Source: an uncultured bacterium (GTDB lineage Bacteria; Acidobacteriota; Thermoanaerobaculia; Multivoradales; JAHZIX01). Taken from it: a stretch of 64,000 bases of DNA. Where the stretch lies: the NCBI GenBank assembly GCA_965368975.1, contig CBDUPA010000018.1, positions 32,001 through 96,000 of the forward strand, read 5' to 3'. The stretch's first letter is position 1, and the number at the start of each line of letters is the position of its first letter. The notes beneath the pieces were generated by a model that saw only the letters and a list, made by a program, of their open reading frames with translations, was not told where the DNA came from and searched no databases. The position numbers were made by a program, and so were the translations under genes. Shown here piece after piece: positions 62,316 to 64,000 of this stretch.

Positions 62316-64000
62316 ATCGAGATCGACCCTTTGCGAAAGTCGGTCTTCCCCAAGAGGACATTGACCAGCACCGGGGAGCCTTCCTTCGCCAGCCGCTTGG
62401 CCTCAGCAAGGACGGAGGGTAGCTCGCTCTCGTGCTCAATCTTCAAACCCTTGGCCTCGACACGCTGGCTGGCACCGTCCGACGCGCGCTCGGCGCTGAA
62501 CGCCTCGACCACGCGGTGGTAGTCGGTGCGTTCGAGAATGCAGCCGACGTCGTCTTCCAGGATCTCGATCTGCTCGCGCAGGATCTGCATCCAAGCACCA
62601 TCGTTGCCGACCACCGCGATCACCGGGATACCGTGGCGCACGAAGGTGTCGAACTCGGCGATCGTGTAGCCAACGGAGCCGTCACCGTAGAGGATCCAGG
62701 TTTCAGCCTCTGGGCGGCAGAGCTTGGCGCCGAGGGCGAAACCAGCACCAACGCCGAGAGTCCCGAAGGCGCCCGGGTCGAGCCAGCGCAAGGGGCCCCG
62801 CGGCTGGACGATGTAGGCGGCGGTACCAACGAAGTCCCCACCGTCGGCGATCAGCACGCTATCGTCGTCGAGCACGTCTTCGAGCGCTCGGCACACCGCC
62901 AGCGGGTTGCAGTTGTCGTCCGCCCCACCACCCGAGGCGGGCGCGCTCGCCTGTTCGGCGATCTGGGCGTTGCGCTCATCATCGCGCTGGCGCAGACTGG
63001 CCAGCCAGTCGCTCCACTCGTCGCCGTCGCGCTCCACCTGGCCCGCCAGCGTCTCGATGAAGAGACCGGCATCGGCACGGATGCCGAGGGTCGGCTTGCG
63101 GTTGAGCTTGAGATCCTGGGCACTACGGTTGACCGAGATCAAGGCGGCGCGCGCGTTGATGCTGCGGCCGTAGTCGAGCCGGAAGTCGCACGGGAACCCG
63201 GCCAAGATAACGACGTCAGCTTCCTTCAGCGCCAGCTTGCGCTTGTGCCGCAGCTGCAGCGGATGGTCCTTGCCCAGAAGACCGCGGGCCATGCCGGCCA
63301 GGTAGGTGGGCACACCCAGGTCGGTGATCGCGGTGGCCAGACGAGCGGCGGCCTCGGGACCGCCGAGCATGGCCTGGCTGCCGACCACCAGGACCGGTCG
63401 CTCCGCCTTGGCCAGGAAGCCAAAGGCCGATTCGAGGTCGGCCTCGCGCGTCTCGGGACGGTTGACGCATCGCGCTTCGGCATGCGGCACGATGTCGCAG
63501 GCGCCGGCGAAGAGCTTGTTCAAGTGCCGATCGACGTACCATTTCTGCAGTCGCTGCCCCAAGTTCTTGGGCTGCTGCCCTTCGCCCTGGAACGGATAGA
63601 GGCTGCGCACGGCTGGTTCGTCGTAGAGAAGATCGACCGGGCACTCGACGAAGACCGGCCCGGGCACATCGGCTTGGGCGACCAGCAGTGCCCGTTCGAT
63701 GGTGGGGACCAGGTCGCGCACACGACGCACGGAAGTGGCCCACTTGGTGTGCGGCTTGAACAGGGCCAACTGGTCGATGTCCTGCAACGAACCACGCCCC
63801 ATCAGCAGGGTCGCGGTGGCCCCTCCCAGCAGCACCACCGGTGACTGCGCCAGCTGCGCATTCTTGATTGCGGTGATGGTGTTGGTGACACCGGGCCCGG
63901 CGGTGACCGCGGCGACGCCCGAACGGCCGGTCAAGCGAGCCACGGCATCGGCGGCGAACACCGCGTTGACTTCGTGACGCACGTCGACGACGCGGATACC
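62312..64000 (-). CDS. TPP-dependent enzyme, acetolactate synthase-like (IlvB/HACL-type); 5' end outside window
   Basis: [31 protein letters not shown]...N TPP-binding motif. Confidence 0.88.
   Translation of the reverse strand, partial: GIRVVDVRHEVNAVFAADAVARLTGRSGVAAVTAGPGVTNTITAIKNAQLAQSPVVLLGGATATLLMGRGSLQDIDQLALFKPHTKWATSVRRVRDLVPTIERALLVAQADVPGPVFVECPVDLLYDEPAVRSLYPFQGEGQQPKNLGQRLQKWYVDRHLNKLFAGACDIVPHAEARCVNRPETREADLESAFGFLAKAERPVLVVGSQAMLGGPEAAARLATAITDLGVPTYLAGMARGLLGKDHPLQLRHKRKLALKEADVVILAGFPCDFRLDYGRSINARAALISVNRSAQDLKLNRKPTLGIRADAGLFIETLAGQVERDGDEWSDWLASLRQRDDERNAQIAEQASAPASGGGADDNCNPLAVCRALEDVLDDDSVLIADGGDFVGTAAYIVQPRGPLRWLDPGAFGTLGVGAGFALGAKLCRPEAETWILYGDGSVGYTIAEFDTFVRHGIPVIAVVGNDGAWMQILREQIEILEDDVGCILERTDYHRVVEAFSAERASDGASQRVEAKGLKIEHESELPSVLAEAKRLAKEGSPVLVNVLLGKTDFRKGSISM

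Overview
GC-rich bacterial window. The ADOP permease, IPTL-CTERM proteins and many sigma54 promoters suggest Acidobacteriota (inference only). 1-17.9 kb is a RiPP-rich island ending at a tRNA-Glu. It holds two ABC permeases, a radical SAM/SPASM maturase with a Cys-containing precursor, an ADOP permease, and a sigma54-driven operon that looks like a lipo-RiPP pathway. That operon encodes an Arg/Cys precursor, an RRE-M50 peptidase, an RRE-arginase, two LpxL-like acyltransferases with C-terminal RRE-like domains, a degenerate CPBP membrane protein and a FAAL-ACAD-ACP fusion. 18-27.5 kb has two transporters, an orphan double-Gly precursor missing from the ORF track, a hydrolase, a graspetide locus (ATP-grasp flanked by two paralogous precursors) and a CHAT-FGE protein. 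27.6-41.9 kb has two IPTL-CTERM surface proteins, a sigma54 activator/small protein/Ser-Thr kinase module and a candidate sigma54-dependent sRNA. 42-48.8 kb is a RADAR-like antiphage pair. 49.6-64 kb is mostly housekeeping (MFS, broken AlkZ-like gene, thrA-asd-thrB-thrC, murJ, TPP enzyme), with a tandem repeat and a structured intergenic element after thrC. All calls come from motif reading by eye; no searches were run.
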